47,486 nucleotides of DNA, taken from Macrostomum lignano (lineage: Eukaryota). Both the position numbers and the translations under genes were made by a program. The notes beneath the pieces were generated by a model, which saw nothing but the letters and a program-made list of their open reading frames with translations, searched no databases and was not told where the DNA came from. Location: assembly GCA_002269645.1 (NCBI GenBank), contig NIVC01004390.1, positions 1 to 47,486 of the forward strand. The letters are read 5' to 3'. Below, piece by piece: positions 24,960 through 37,002 of this stretch; position 1 is the first letter of the stretch, and every line of letters begins with the position of its first letter.

Positions 24960-25075
24960 TCAGCCAATCAGAAAATTCGACCGCGTTATAGCAAATCGGC
25001 TCAGCCAATCAGCGTCGAGGTGTTCTATTATAACAAATTGCGGTCCAGTTGGCGGCTATTTAAACCGGTGTTTTT
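24960..25075 (+). promoter_or_regulatory. Tandem AGCCAATCAG (CCAAT) boxes followed by TATTTAAA
   Basis: Two CCAAT boxes about 50 bp apart upstream of a TATA-like motif; target transcript unknown. Confidence 0.3.
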
Positions 25076-26571
25076 GGCCCACTCGGACTTTAAATTCCTG
25101 CTCCGCCTCCTGGGACTTTGGCCTAACTTAGACCTCCCGGAGCTCGACCGTCGTCTCTTGATTCCCGGATCGCGACCTTCCCCCATCATCATCAAGGACG
25201 ATCAAGGACCCCCCGGTCGTCAGCAGCGAACATCAAGATTAAGAACATCACCTGCTGCTAGCTATCTGCGAAGATTGTGACATCAGCATCATCCCGGGTG
25301 TACAGCTGCGAAGCACTAAGCCGATTCGGTCACTGTGGATTACCTGGTCCCCGGCTGTTGAGTTTCTGATTGGTTGGGTGAGAGGCCACCTAGACTTGCT
25401 TTATTGGGTGATCCCTTATCTGTCCCCTATTTCAGTAGCTGGATTAGGCGCACACTTTTGCTCATTTTGTTCAGTAGTGCTGTTGCTGAGGCAGAAATCA
25501 TTCAATAATACTGCTAGTAGTCTAAGACTCCAATTCAATCTGAAGTGTGAAGTGATCTGAGGAGAAGGTTAAATCTGACAGTTATTTTTATCGGTTTTAT
25601 TTCTTTGTTCGCCGATGGCTCAGATGAATAGCTATGCTAGTAGGCGCCGGTTACAGTGGACCAATGGCAAGGCAGTTCTCAGTCGATCAAATCTATCAAA
25701 TCAGTTAGCAAAATTGCCAATAGTGCAAAATCGGCGCTATAGAGATGTACTCTGTGCACTCTAGATTCGCCAAGAGGCTCGGGTAATGAATCATGCGGCC
25801 TCTGAAGTTCGAGTTAGCCTATCATCAGCGCTACGAGAGGCTGGTTGGCGCGTTGAATGAAGGCCAAAAGTACAATTCCTCGTATTTAGCAATGTAATAG
25901 TACATGTAGCTACCCCATAGTCTCGCCACTGCAAGAATCCCCTGCACAAGTCCCATCTGTACCTGCATGGCCAATGCGATCAAGTCCCAGCAGTGTCCCT
26001 TAAAATCGGCTATGATTTCGAGATTGACAGCAAAAAGACACTAGTTGGCAGGTAAGTGCAAAGCCCCCTCTAGTCGGAAGCCCGATTTCGAAAGTTCCGG
26101 TTTGGTGAGCCAGGACGTACGGGCTGGTGGCAGCGGGTTAGTTAATCTGTGGATTAGCTGATCTCTACCTTCAAAATTCTCCCTGCTTGTCTCTCGCTGT
26201 CCCTCTCTTAGCTAAGGACCTAGACTGCTTGCCACACGATCAAGCTACCATGGGGCTGACCATCTGACAGGAGTTGGGGGGCCAGGACTCTAATTGATTT
26301 ATTTCTGAGACCTGAGGCCCGAAGGCTTCCCGAAAGGGGCCGAAAAGGCCGAAACCCATCATTAGTAAAAATACTTAACTGAAAATTACCCAAGGTGCCA
26401 CCCTTTCTATTCAGTGATTCAGTGTGCTAAAGCGAACTCTTATTGTTAAACAGACCAACAAATGTTTTTTCCTGTCACAACAGGTCCAGCTTTTTCCTTT
26501 ATTGGTACTGTATTTCGATAGTCAGGGTGCCAAAAGTCGTACAGACCGCGGCAGACTTAAATTGAGGAATG

Positions 26572-26680
26572 AAGTGGGGGAGCGGTGTGCGAGGGTTGGA
26601 CGGATTAAAACTACCCCGATCAGTTTTCTCGTATCTTTTAGTTCAGAACAGTCCAAGAGGAATATTGCTCACTGGCGCAT
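26572..26680. mobile_element. Diverged solo arm of the 23222-23832 MITE family
   Basis: GGGGGAGCG..GTGTGCGAGGGTTGGACGGATTAAA..CAGTTTTCTCGTATCTTTTA..ATTGCTCACTGGC matches 23705-23800. Confidence 0.75.
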
Positions 26681-27251
26681 AGAGTGGCAACTTTTCAATG
26701 TTGCTGAGTATATGATAGAAAATAATAAAATGGTTCTTAACCTTGAGTGGTCAATTTTATCTCACTAGCTCAACCCCAATAGTGACTCAATTCGCAGCTA
26801 GGGTCCCCAAGGCTTGTGGGTGATGCTGATGCTTAAGCTGGAAAGCAGGGAGTGGAGAGTTGTGGCAAGAGTTGGGCCACATGCTGCTGAGTGTACACCA
26901 TTCTCTGTACCCAATTACGCACTTACTGTAGTGTTAAAGCTCGCTTCAGTTTTTTCACATTATCGATTTCTGTTTTGAATTCGTCATTTGCTAATAGCTA
27001 TATACTGTAGCTTCTTGACAATGACTTCTGCCAATTGCTCAAATATCTGGAAATCCTGCCCCCTCTCTTCGAGACCAATAAAAATTGAATTCATACAGAA
27101 AGCCAGCATAACTACATGTAAGCGCTTGTGCAGTATATGTTAGCTCGCATATTTGGTGTATGCAAACTGACTCTCAACATCGTGAATCGTTAGATCTACT
27201 AATAAGTATTTGCATTTCCTCTGAGTTTTATTAAAGCCACCGTAAGCCATA

Positions 27252-30200
27252 ATGGCAAATTTATTTCGTTTCATAGACATAGGTAAGTAAAAAAATCACA
27301 TGTTTTAGTACATACTATAGCCTATGGTTAACGTTTAGATTCATGTTTTCATATAGAGGAGTTCTTATTTGCCAGGGCCTAATTGCAAGTACAGTCACAT
27401 GCAAGGACGAATGTAGGAAGACTGTTAGGAAGAAAAAAGTAAGAATCTACGAATGAATTTCAGAAAAGCATATGACTGTAGGAATGACTGTCAGAGACGC
27501 ATCTGACACTGTAGGAATGAATGTCAGGGACGCATCTGACTGTAGGAATGAATGTCAGGGATGCATCTGACTGTAGGAATGACTGTCAGGGATGCATCTG
27601 ACTGTAGGAATGACTGTCAGGGACGCATCTGACTGTAGGAATGACTGTCAGGGACGCATCTGACTGTAGGAATGACTGTCAGGGACGCATCTTACTGTAG
27701 AAATGACTGTCAGGGACGCATCTTACTGTAGGAATGACTGTCAGGGACGCATCTGACTGTAAAAATGACTGTCAGGGACGCATCTGACTGTAGGAATGAC
27801 TCTCAGGGACGCATCTTACTGTAGGAATGACTGTCAGGGACGCATCTGACTGTAGGAATGAATGTCAGGGACGCATCTGACTGTAGGAATGACTGTCAGG
27901 GACGCATATTACTGTAGGAATGACATCTAGTAATGACTGTCAGGGACGCATCTGACTGTAGGAATGACTGTCAGGGACGCATCTGACTGTAGGAATGACT
28001 GTCAGGGACGCATCTGACTGTAGGAATGAATGTCAGGGACGCATCTGACTGTAGGAATGACTGTCAGGGACGCATCTGACTGTAGGAATGACATCTAGGA
28101 ATGACTGTCAGGGACGCATCTGACTGTAGGAATGACATCTAGGAATGACTGTCAGGGACGCATCTGACTGTAGGAATGAATGTCAGGGTCGCATCTTACT
28201 GTAGAAATGACATCTAGTAATGACTGTCAGGGACGCATCTGACTGTAGGAATGACTGTCAGGGACGCATCTGACTGTAGGAATGACTGTCAGGGTCGCAT
28301 CTTACTGTAGAAATGACTGTCAGGGACGCATCTGACTGTAGGAATGACTGTCAGGGAAGCATCTTACTGTAGGAATGACTGTCAGGGACGCATCTGACTG
28401 TAGGAATGACTGTCAGGGACGCATATTACTGTAGGAATGACATCTTGGAATGACTGTCAGGGACGCATCTGACTGTAGGAATGACATCTAGGAATGACTG
28501 TCAGGGACGCATCTGACTGTAGGAATGACTGTCAGGGACGCATCTGACTGTAGGAATGACTGTCAGGGACGCATATTACTGTAGGAATGACATCTAGGAA
28601 TGACTGTCAGGGATGCATCTGACTGTAGGAATGACTGTCAGGGACGCATCTGACTGTAGGAATGACTGTCAGGGACGCATCTGACTGTAGGAATGACTGT
28701 CAGGGACGCATCTGACTGTAGGAATGAATGTCAGGGACGCATCTGACTGTAGGAATGACTGTCAGGGACGCATCTGACTGTAGGAATGACATCTAGGAAT
28801 GACTGTCAGGGACGCATCTGACTGTAGGAATGACATCTAGTAATGACTGTCAGGGACGCATCTGACTGTAGGAATGACATCTAGGAATGACTGTCAGGGA
28901 CGCATCTGACTGTAGGAATGAATGTCAGGGACGCATCTGACTGTAGGAATGACTGTCAGGGACGCATATTACTGTAGGAATGACATCTAGGAATGACTGT
29001 CAGGGACGCATCTGACTGTAGGAATGACTGTCAGGGACGCATCTGACTGTAGGAATGACTGTCAGGGACGCATATTACTGTAGGAATGACATCTAGGAAT
29101 GACTGTCAGGGATGCATCTGACTGTAGGAATGACTGTCAGGGACGCATCTGACTGTAGGAATGACTGTCAGGGACGCATCTGACTGTAGGAATGACTGTC
29201 AGGGACGCATCTGACTGTAGGAATGAATGTCAGGGACGCATCTGACTGTAGGAATGACTGTCAGGGACGCATCTGACTGTAGGAATGACATCTAGGAATG
29301 ACTGTCAGGGACGCATCTGACTGTAGGAATGACATCTAGTAATGACTGTCAGGGACGCATCTGACTGTAGGAATGACATCTAGGAATGACTGTCAGGGAC
29401 GCATCTGACTGTAGGAATGAATGTCAGGGTCGCATCTTACTGTAGAAATGACTGTCAGGGACGCATCTGACTGTAGGAATGACTGTCAGGGAAGCATCTT
29501 ACTGTAGGAATGACTGTCAGGGACGCATCTGACTGTAGGAATGACTGTCAGGGACGCATATTACTGTAGGAATGACATCTAGGAATGACTGTCAGGGACG
29601 CATCTGACTGTAGGAATGACTGTCAGGGACGCATATTACTGTAGGAATTACATCTAGGAATGACTGTCAGGGACGCATCTGACTGTAGGAATGACATCTA
29701 GGAATGACTGTCAGGGACGCATCTGACTGTAGGAATGACATCTAGGAATGACTGTCAGGGACGCATCTGACTGTAGGAATGACATCTAGGAATGACTGTC
29801 AGGGACGCATCTGACTGTAGGAATGACTGTCAGGGACGCATATTACTGTAGGAATGACTGTCAGGGACGCATATTACTGTAGGAATGACATCTAGGAATG
29901 ACTGTCAGGGACGCATCTGACTGTAGGAATGACTGTCAGGGACGCATCTGACTGTAGGAATGACTGTCAGGGACGCATCTGACTGTAGGAATGACATCTA
30001 GGAATGACTGTCAGGGACGCATCTGACTGTAGGAATGACATCTAGGAATGACTGTCAGGGACGCATCTGACTGTAGGAATGACATCTAGGAATGACTGTC
30101 AGGGACGCATCTGACTGTAGGAATGACTGTCAGGGACGCATATTACTGTAGGAATGACATCTAGGAATGACTGTCAGGGACGCATCTGACACTGTAGGAA

Positions 30201-33200
30201 TGACTGTCAGGGATGCATCTGACTGTAGGAATGACTGTCAGGGATGCATCTGACTGTAGGAATGACTGTCAGGGATGCATCTGACTGTAGGAATGACTGT
30301 CAGGGACGCATCTGACTGTAGGAATGACTGTCAGGGACGCATCTGACTGTAGGAATGACTGTCAGGGACGCATCTGACTGTAGGAATGACTGTCAGGGAA
30401 GCATCTAAGAATGACAGTCTATTATTCTCTGATTTATGGCTGACTCATCGCGCAACCGTCTACTAAGAGTAAATATGGAATAGAATTTAACTCTTTTTTG
30501 TCTCAATATTTGAAAATTTTTAAATTAAAAAAAATTCCTGCATTTCCTACAGTTGCTCCCTTCCATAGTAAGAAGCGCTGCAAAGTTGCGCTGCTAAGTG
30601 CTATTCTGGTCCTGCTGTCGTTGGCACTGTTGCGCCAGCTGGTCCCGAGCAATCGGCGATTCGGCTACGCTCAAGAGGTGCATCACGAATCCTTGGTTCA
30701 CTCGCTTGAAGACGCTGATGTTGCCACGGAAACGAGGCGAGTACCGATCAGCCGTCAGGTGCACCAGAGCTGGAAGACCAGGAGGCTGCCTTCGGCGAGA
30801 GCGTCGCGTTGGTCAGAAAGCTGGCGCCGGTGCTTCCCAGACTGGCACTACCGGCTGTGGACTGACGCTGACAACCTGCGGCTGGTGCGCAGGCACTATC
30901 CCTGGCTACTGGACACCTACCTGGGACTCAGGAGGCCTGTGGAGAGAGCCGACTTAGCAAGGTAGTTCAATTGATCAATGACTGATGAGGCTAGGATGTG
31001 ATGTAGGTGTGCTGTTACTTGTTAGATTGTGTTGGTTTACCTGTTAGATTGTTTTGGTTTACCTGTTAGATTGTGTTGGTTTACCTGTTAGATTGTTTTG
31101 GTTTACCTGTTAGATTGTGTTGGTTTACCTGTTAGATTGTGTTGGTTTACCTGTTAGATTGTGTTGGTTTACCTGTTAGATTGTGTTGGTTTACCTGTTA
31201 GATTGTTTTGGTTTACCTGTTAGATTGTGTTGGTTTACCTGTTAGATTGTGTTGGTTTACCTGTTAGATTGTGTTGGTTTACCTGTTAGATTGTTTTGGT
31301 TTACCTGTTAGATTGTGTTGGTTTACCTGTTAGATTGTGTTGGTTTACCTGTTAGATTGTGTTGGTTTACCTGTTAGATTGTGTTGGTTTACCTATTAGA
31401 TTGTTTTGGTTTACCTGTTAGATTGTGTTGGTTTACCTGTTAGATTGTGTTGGTTTACCTGTTAGATTGTGTTGGTTTACCTGTTAGATTGTTTTGGTTT
31501 ACCTGTTAGATTGTGTTGGTTTACCTGTTAGATTGTGTTGGTTTACCTGTTAGATTGTTTTGGTTTACCTGTTAGATTGTGTTGGTTTACCTGTTAGATT
31601 GTGTTGGTTTACCTGTTAGATTGTGTTGGTTTACCTGTTAGATTGTGTTGGTTTACCTATTAGATTGTTTTGGTTTACCTGTTAGATTGTGTTGGTTTAC
31701 CTGTTAGATTGTGTTGGTTTACCTGTTAGATTGTAATGGTTTACCTGTTAGATTGTTTTGGTTTACCTGTTAGATTGTGTTGGTTTACCTGTTAGATTGT
31801 GTTGGTCACCTGTTAGATTGTGTTGGTCACCTGTTAGATTGTGCTGTCAAATATTAGATTTTCGGTGGGGAGTTGCAAAAGGAAGATTCTCATGGAGGGT
31901 GAAGGGGCGATTCTCATGGAGGGTGAGGGGACGATTCTCATGGAGAGTGAGGGGGGCGATTCTCATGGAGGGTGAGGGGCGATTCTCATGGAGGGTGAGG
32001 GGACGATTCTCATGGAGAGTGAGGGGGGCGATTCTCATGGAGGGTGAGGGGCGATTCTCATGGAGGGTGAGGGGGCGATTCTCATGGAGGGTGAGGGGCG
32101 ATTCTCATGGAGGGTGAGGGGGCGATTCTCATGGAGGGTGAGGGGCGATTCTCATGGAGGGTGAGGGGGGCGATTCTCATGGAGGGTGAGGGGCGATTCT
32201 CATGGATGGTGAGGGGGCGATTCTCATGGAGGGTGAGGGGGCGATTCTCATGGAGGGTGAGGGGGGCGATTCTCATGGAAGGTGAGGGCGATTCTCATGC
32301 AGGGTGAGGGGGGCGATTCTCATGGAGGGTGAGGGGCGATTCTCATGGAGGGTGAGGGGCGATTCTCATGGAGGGTGAGGGGCGATTCTCATGGAGGGTG
32401 AGGGGGCGATTCTCATGGAGGGTGAGGGGGGCGATTCTCATGGAGGGTGAGGGGCGATTCTCATGGAAGGTGAGGGGGGCGATTCTCATGGAGGGTGAGG
32501 GGCGATTCTCATGGAGGGCGAGGGGCGATTCTCATGGAAGGTGAGGGGCGATTCTCATGGAGGGCGAGGGGCGATTCTCATGGAAGGTGAGGGGGCGATT
32601 CTCATGGAGGGTGAGGGGCGATTCTCATGGAGGGTGAGAGGCGATTCTCATGGAAGGTGAGGGGGGCGATTCTCATGGAGGGTGAGGGGGGCGATTCTCA
32701 TGGAAGATGAGGGGCGATTCTCATGGAGGGTGAGGGGGCGATTCTCATGGAGGGTGAGGGCGATTCTTCTGCATGTTAATGCATGTACATGTAACTCCAT
32801 GGCTACTTATCGCTCTTCCAGATACCTGTACCTGCACAGACACGGCGGCATCTACGCAGACTTGGACAGCCTGTGCCTAAAGAATTTCACCGAGTTATTT
32901 AACACGGCCTCCATAGTGCTGGCGGGCATGGACCATGCACAGAACCGACCTTGGGAAACTGTGCAAGGCATCTACGTGCAGAACTCGCTGATGGCATCGC
33001 GGCCCGGGCACCCGTTCTGGCTCCAGCTGGCCTGGCGAGCTGCTCAGGAGCTTAAGAAATTCTCCGCATTGGAAAAGTTGGATAAGCGGAAATCCAGCCA
33101 GCTGAGGCCGGAGCACATCACGGGGCCGCTCATGCTGCTTCAGGAGCTGAGGAGCCACATCCGGAAACACGACAGCGTGAAACGGAAGGATGGCGCAGTT

Positions 33201-33392
33201 TTAAGCGGCGACCTGCTGATTTTGCCAGGCCGCTATTTGAATCCCTTCAGTTGGTCGGTGAACCGCAACCCGGCCAACTGTCGCGATCTGGGAAATATGA
33301 CGCTTCATCAGGAGAGGCTGTGCGCGGCCAGCTTCCCAGATGCCTACGCGGTGCAGTTTCACGCACAGAGCTGGCTTCATGGACACTTTTAA
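27252..33392 (+). CDS. GT32-family (Gly_transf_sug, DXD; SUR1/OCH1-like) type II membrane glycosyltransferase, 3 exons, 336 aa
   Basis: Exons 27252-27282 (MANLFRFIDI G|gtaagt), 30553-30961 and 32822-33392 join in phase (1011 nt, no stop). TM ALLSAILVLLSLALL; motifs VHQSWK, W..CFPDWHYRLWTD, ERADLARYLYLHRHGGIYADLD, NSLMASRPGHPFW, ITGPLML, HAQSW. Confidence 0.9.
27473..30413. repeat. 31-bp minisatellite GACTGTAGGAATGACTGTCAGGGACGCATCT with a 13-bp insertion variant, fills GT intron 1
   Basis: Directly visible, about 2.9 kb. Confidence 0.98.
31014..31846. repeat. 22-bp minisatellite GTTAGATTGTGTTGGTTTACCT, GT intron 2
   Basis: Directly visible. Confidence 0.97.
31880..32768. repeat. 23-25-bp G-rich minisatellite GAGGGTGAGGGG(G)CGATTCTCATG, GT intron 2
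   Basis: Directly visible; variable G-run length. Confidence 0.96.
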
Positions 33393-33444
33393 AGACGGAG
33401 ATTGTTTCCCCAATGGGAATTCTTACTTTGAGGTCCCAGATTCA

Positions 33445-33870
33445 AGATTCGGGTTTCGGGTTTTCGGATACGTGATTTGGGAATCGGGAATCGGGACTCA
33501 GGAATCGGGAATCGGGCACTGGGACTCGGGAATCGGGAATGGAATCGGGACTCGGGAATCGGGAATCGGGAATCGGGAATCGGGAATCGGGACTCGGGAT
33601 TCGGGATTCGGGATTTGGGATTTGGGATTCGGGATTCGGGATTCGGGACTCGGGACTCGGGACTCGGGAATCGGGACTCGGGAATCGGGATTCTGGAATC
33701 GGGAATCGGGAATCGGGAATCGAGAATCGGGAATCGGGAATCAGGAATCGAGAATCGGGAATCGGGAATCGGGAATCGAGAATCGGGAATCGGGAATCGG
33801 GAATCGGGACTCGGGAATCGGGAATCGGGAATCGGGATTCGGGATTTGGGATTCGGGATTCGGGATTCAT
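33445..33870. repeat. 7-bp repeat GGGA(A/T/C)TC just downstream of the GT stop codon
   Basis: Directly visible. Confidence 0.95.
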
Positions 33871-34423
33871 GAATCTGGTTGGAAATTTGGGGTACTTTGA
33901 AATGATTTTTCCTCCCGAATATTTGATTGAATGAATGCTTAGTACACTTCAGATTATTTGCCAATAAATTCAAGCAACAATTGCCACTTATCAATAAATC
34001 ATATCAATAAGCCATATCAATAGAAACTGTTGCATGCACTTTCAAATGACATTAATATGACACTCCTAATTACACTGACTTAATCGATTTTATAATATTG
34101 GCAAAAATACGCCGGGGCGAGTCAGAAAAGGACGTCAACTGTTAAAACTCAGTGGTTTATCGAATTCTGTTTGTTAATTGAAATTCTTGAGTTCAAACAT
34201 GTTTCTATATGTTTATAAAACTTTTCGAAAGCAGCATTGCGCCACATTGGCATTAGATAAGAATTTTCCTCTGGATCAACGTAGCCTGTCGTTAAGAGAA
34301 GAGTCTCCTTATCAACTGATAATATTTGTACCCCCCAAGGCTCAGATACAAAGTAAACTTCAAGACTTTCTCGGCTACCATGGAAAAAACATTTTTGACA
34401 AGCCTAGCTAAGTCCTTCTGAGA

Positions 34424-34935
34424 AGTCGAGCTCCTGCCCTGTACCGATTCGAGCTCATGCCCTGTACCGATTCGAGCTTATGCCCTGTACCGATTCGAGC
34501 TCATGCCCTGTACCGATTCGAGCTCATGCCCTGTACCGATTCGAGCTCATGCCCTGTACCGATTCGAGCTCATGCCCTGTACCGATTCGAGCTCATGCCC
34601 TGTACCGATTCGAGCTCATGCCCTGTACCGATTCGAGCTCCTGCCCTGTACCGATTCGAGCTCATGCCCTGTACCGATTCGAGCTCATGCCCTGTACCGA
34701 TTCGAGCTTATGCCCTGTACCGATTCGAGCTCATGCCCTGTACCGATTCGAGCTCATGCCCTGTACCGATTCGAGCTTATGCCCTGTACCGATTCGAGCT
34801 CATGCCCTGTACCGATTCGAGCTTATGCCCTGTACCGATTCGAGCTCCTGCCATGTACCGATTCGAGCTCATGACCTGTACCGATTCGAGCTCCTGCCCT
34901 GTACCGATTCGAGCTCATGCCCTGTACCGATTCAA
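34424..34935. repeat. 23-bp minisatellite CCCTGTACCGATTCGAGCTCATG
   Basis: Directly visible. Confidence 0.97.
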
Positions 34936-35579
34936 GCATATGACCGCGAGCGCCCACGTACCAGTTAATGAGATGCAAATTGCTTGTCAATGACTAGTCA
35001 ATAAATATTCAATTAGCACAAAATCAGGTAGTTACTTTGCCGCTTTCAGACACCGGCCTCATCAAATTAATTTATAAGCTAAGCGTGCATTTCTAATTTG
35101 GCACGTCGTTTGAAAACTCTGGCAAGAATTATAGTTTATTGACAAATTCTCTGTCCTTATCGACATCTTCAGCGCTACTGTACAGCACGTGATTTCTGCT
35201 TCTGCCCCCTGCCTCAATCTTTTATAACTCGTCTCCGCCTTTGGTTTCGCGTCGTGTGCCCCCCACCTCGCTCTGTGTCGCTCGCTCTCACTCTTGTGCC
35301 TCTTGCACTGCTAGCTCAACAGGTCTATAAGAAAGGCTCAATATTTGCAATCTTCAGTAGCGAAGTGAATATTATTACCACTTATTTGTGCGGTGAAAGG
35401 ATTGGAATTAAGACTTATTTGAGTAAGTCAGTTGTTATATATTGACTGCATTTGATACTCTTGTCAGTTGATAATATAATGTTTGTTACATGAAGCTTAT
35501 TAACTTGTCGACTTGACTTTGACAGCACATGAAATGATTTAATTTTAGACGGTTTGTCGTGCTTCACGGTAACTACTGC

Positions 35580-37002
35580 TGCTGTTAATGAAGTTGTTGT
35601 CTGTGGTGACTGTTGTTAATGAAGTTATTGTCTGTGGTGACTGTTGTTAATGAAGTTATTGTCTGTGGTGACTGTTGTTAATGAAGTTGTTGTCTGTGGT
35701 GACTGTTGTTAATGAAGTTATTGTCTGTGGTGACTGTTGTTAATGAAGTTGTTGTCTGTGGTGACTGTTGTTAATGAAGTTATTGTCTGTGGTGACTGTT
35801 GTTAATGAAGTTATTGTCTGTGGTGACTGTTGTTAATGAAGTTGTTGTCTGTGGTGACTGTTGTTAATGAAGTTATTGTCTGTGGTGACTGTTGTTAATG
35901 AAGTTGTTGTCTGTGGTGACTGTTGTTAATGAAGTTATTGTCTGTGGTGACTGTTGTTAATGAAGTTATTGTCTGTGGTGACTGTTGTTAATGAAGTTAT
36001 TGTCTGTGGTGACTGTTGTTAATGAAGTTATTGTCTGTGGTGACTGTTGTTAATGAAGTTATTGTCTGTGGTGACTGTTGTTAATGAAGTTATTGTCTGT
36101 GGTGACTGTTGTTAATGAAGTTATTGTCTGTGGTGACTGTTGTTAATGAAGTTATTGTCTGTGGTGACTGTTGTTAATGAAGTTATTGTCTGTGGTGACT
36201 GTTGTTAATGAAGTTGTTGTCTGTGGTGACTGTTGTTAATGAAGTTATTGTCTGTGGTGACTGTTGTTAATGAAGTTATTGTCTGTGGTGACTGTTGTTA
36301 ATGAAGTTATTGTCTGTGGTGACTGTTGTTAATGAAGTTATTGTCTGTGGTGACTGTTGTTAATGAAGTTGTTGTCTGTGGTGACTGTTGTTAATGAAGT
36401 TATTGTCTGTGGTGACTGTTGTTAATGAAGTTGTTGTCTGTGGTGACTGTTGTTAATGAAGTTATTGTCTGTGGTGACTGTTGTTAATGAAGTTATTGTC
36501 TGTGGTGACTGTTGTTAATGAAGTTATTGTCTGTGGTGACTGTTGTTAATGAAGTTATTGTCTGTGGTGACTGTTGTTAATGAAGTTATTGTCTGTGGTG
36601 ACTGTTGTTAATGAAGTTATTGTCTGTGGTGACTGTTGTTAATGAAGTTATTGTCTGTGGTGACTGTTGTTAATGAAGTTATTGTCTGTGGTGACTGTTG
36701 TTAATGAAGTTATTGTCTGTGGTGACTGTTGTTAATGAAGTTATTGTCTGTGGTGACTGTTGTTAATGAAGCTATTGTCTGTGGTGACTGTTGTTAATGA
36801 AGCTATTGTCTGTGGTGACTGTTGTTAATGAAGTTGTTGTCTGTGGTGACTGTTGTTAATGAAGTTATTGTCTGTGGTGACTGTTGTTAATGAAGTTATT
36901 GTCTGTGGTGACTGTTGTTAATGAAGCTATTGTCTGTGGTGACTGTTGTTAATGAAGCTATTGTCTGTGGTGACTGTTGTTAATGAAGTTGTTGTCTGTG
37001 GT
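35580..37002. repeat. 31-bp minisatellite GTCTGTGGTGACTGTTGTTAATGAAGTTATT
   Basis: Directly visible; ends abruptly at CACAG (37003). Confidence 0.98.

Noticed and set aside
30498-30552. TTG start for the glycosyltransferase
   Set aside because: This stretch is intronic polypyrimidine tract and acceptor; an in-phase ATG exon with GTAAGT donor exists at 27252-27282.
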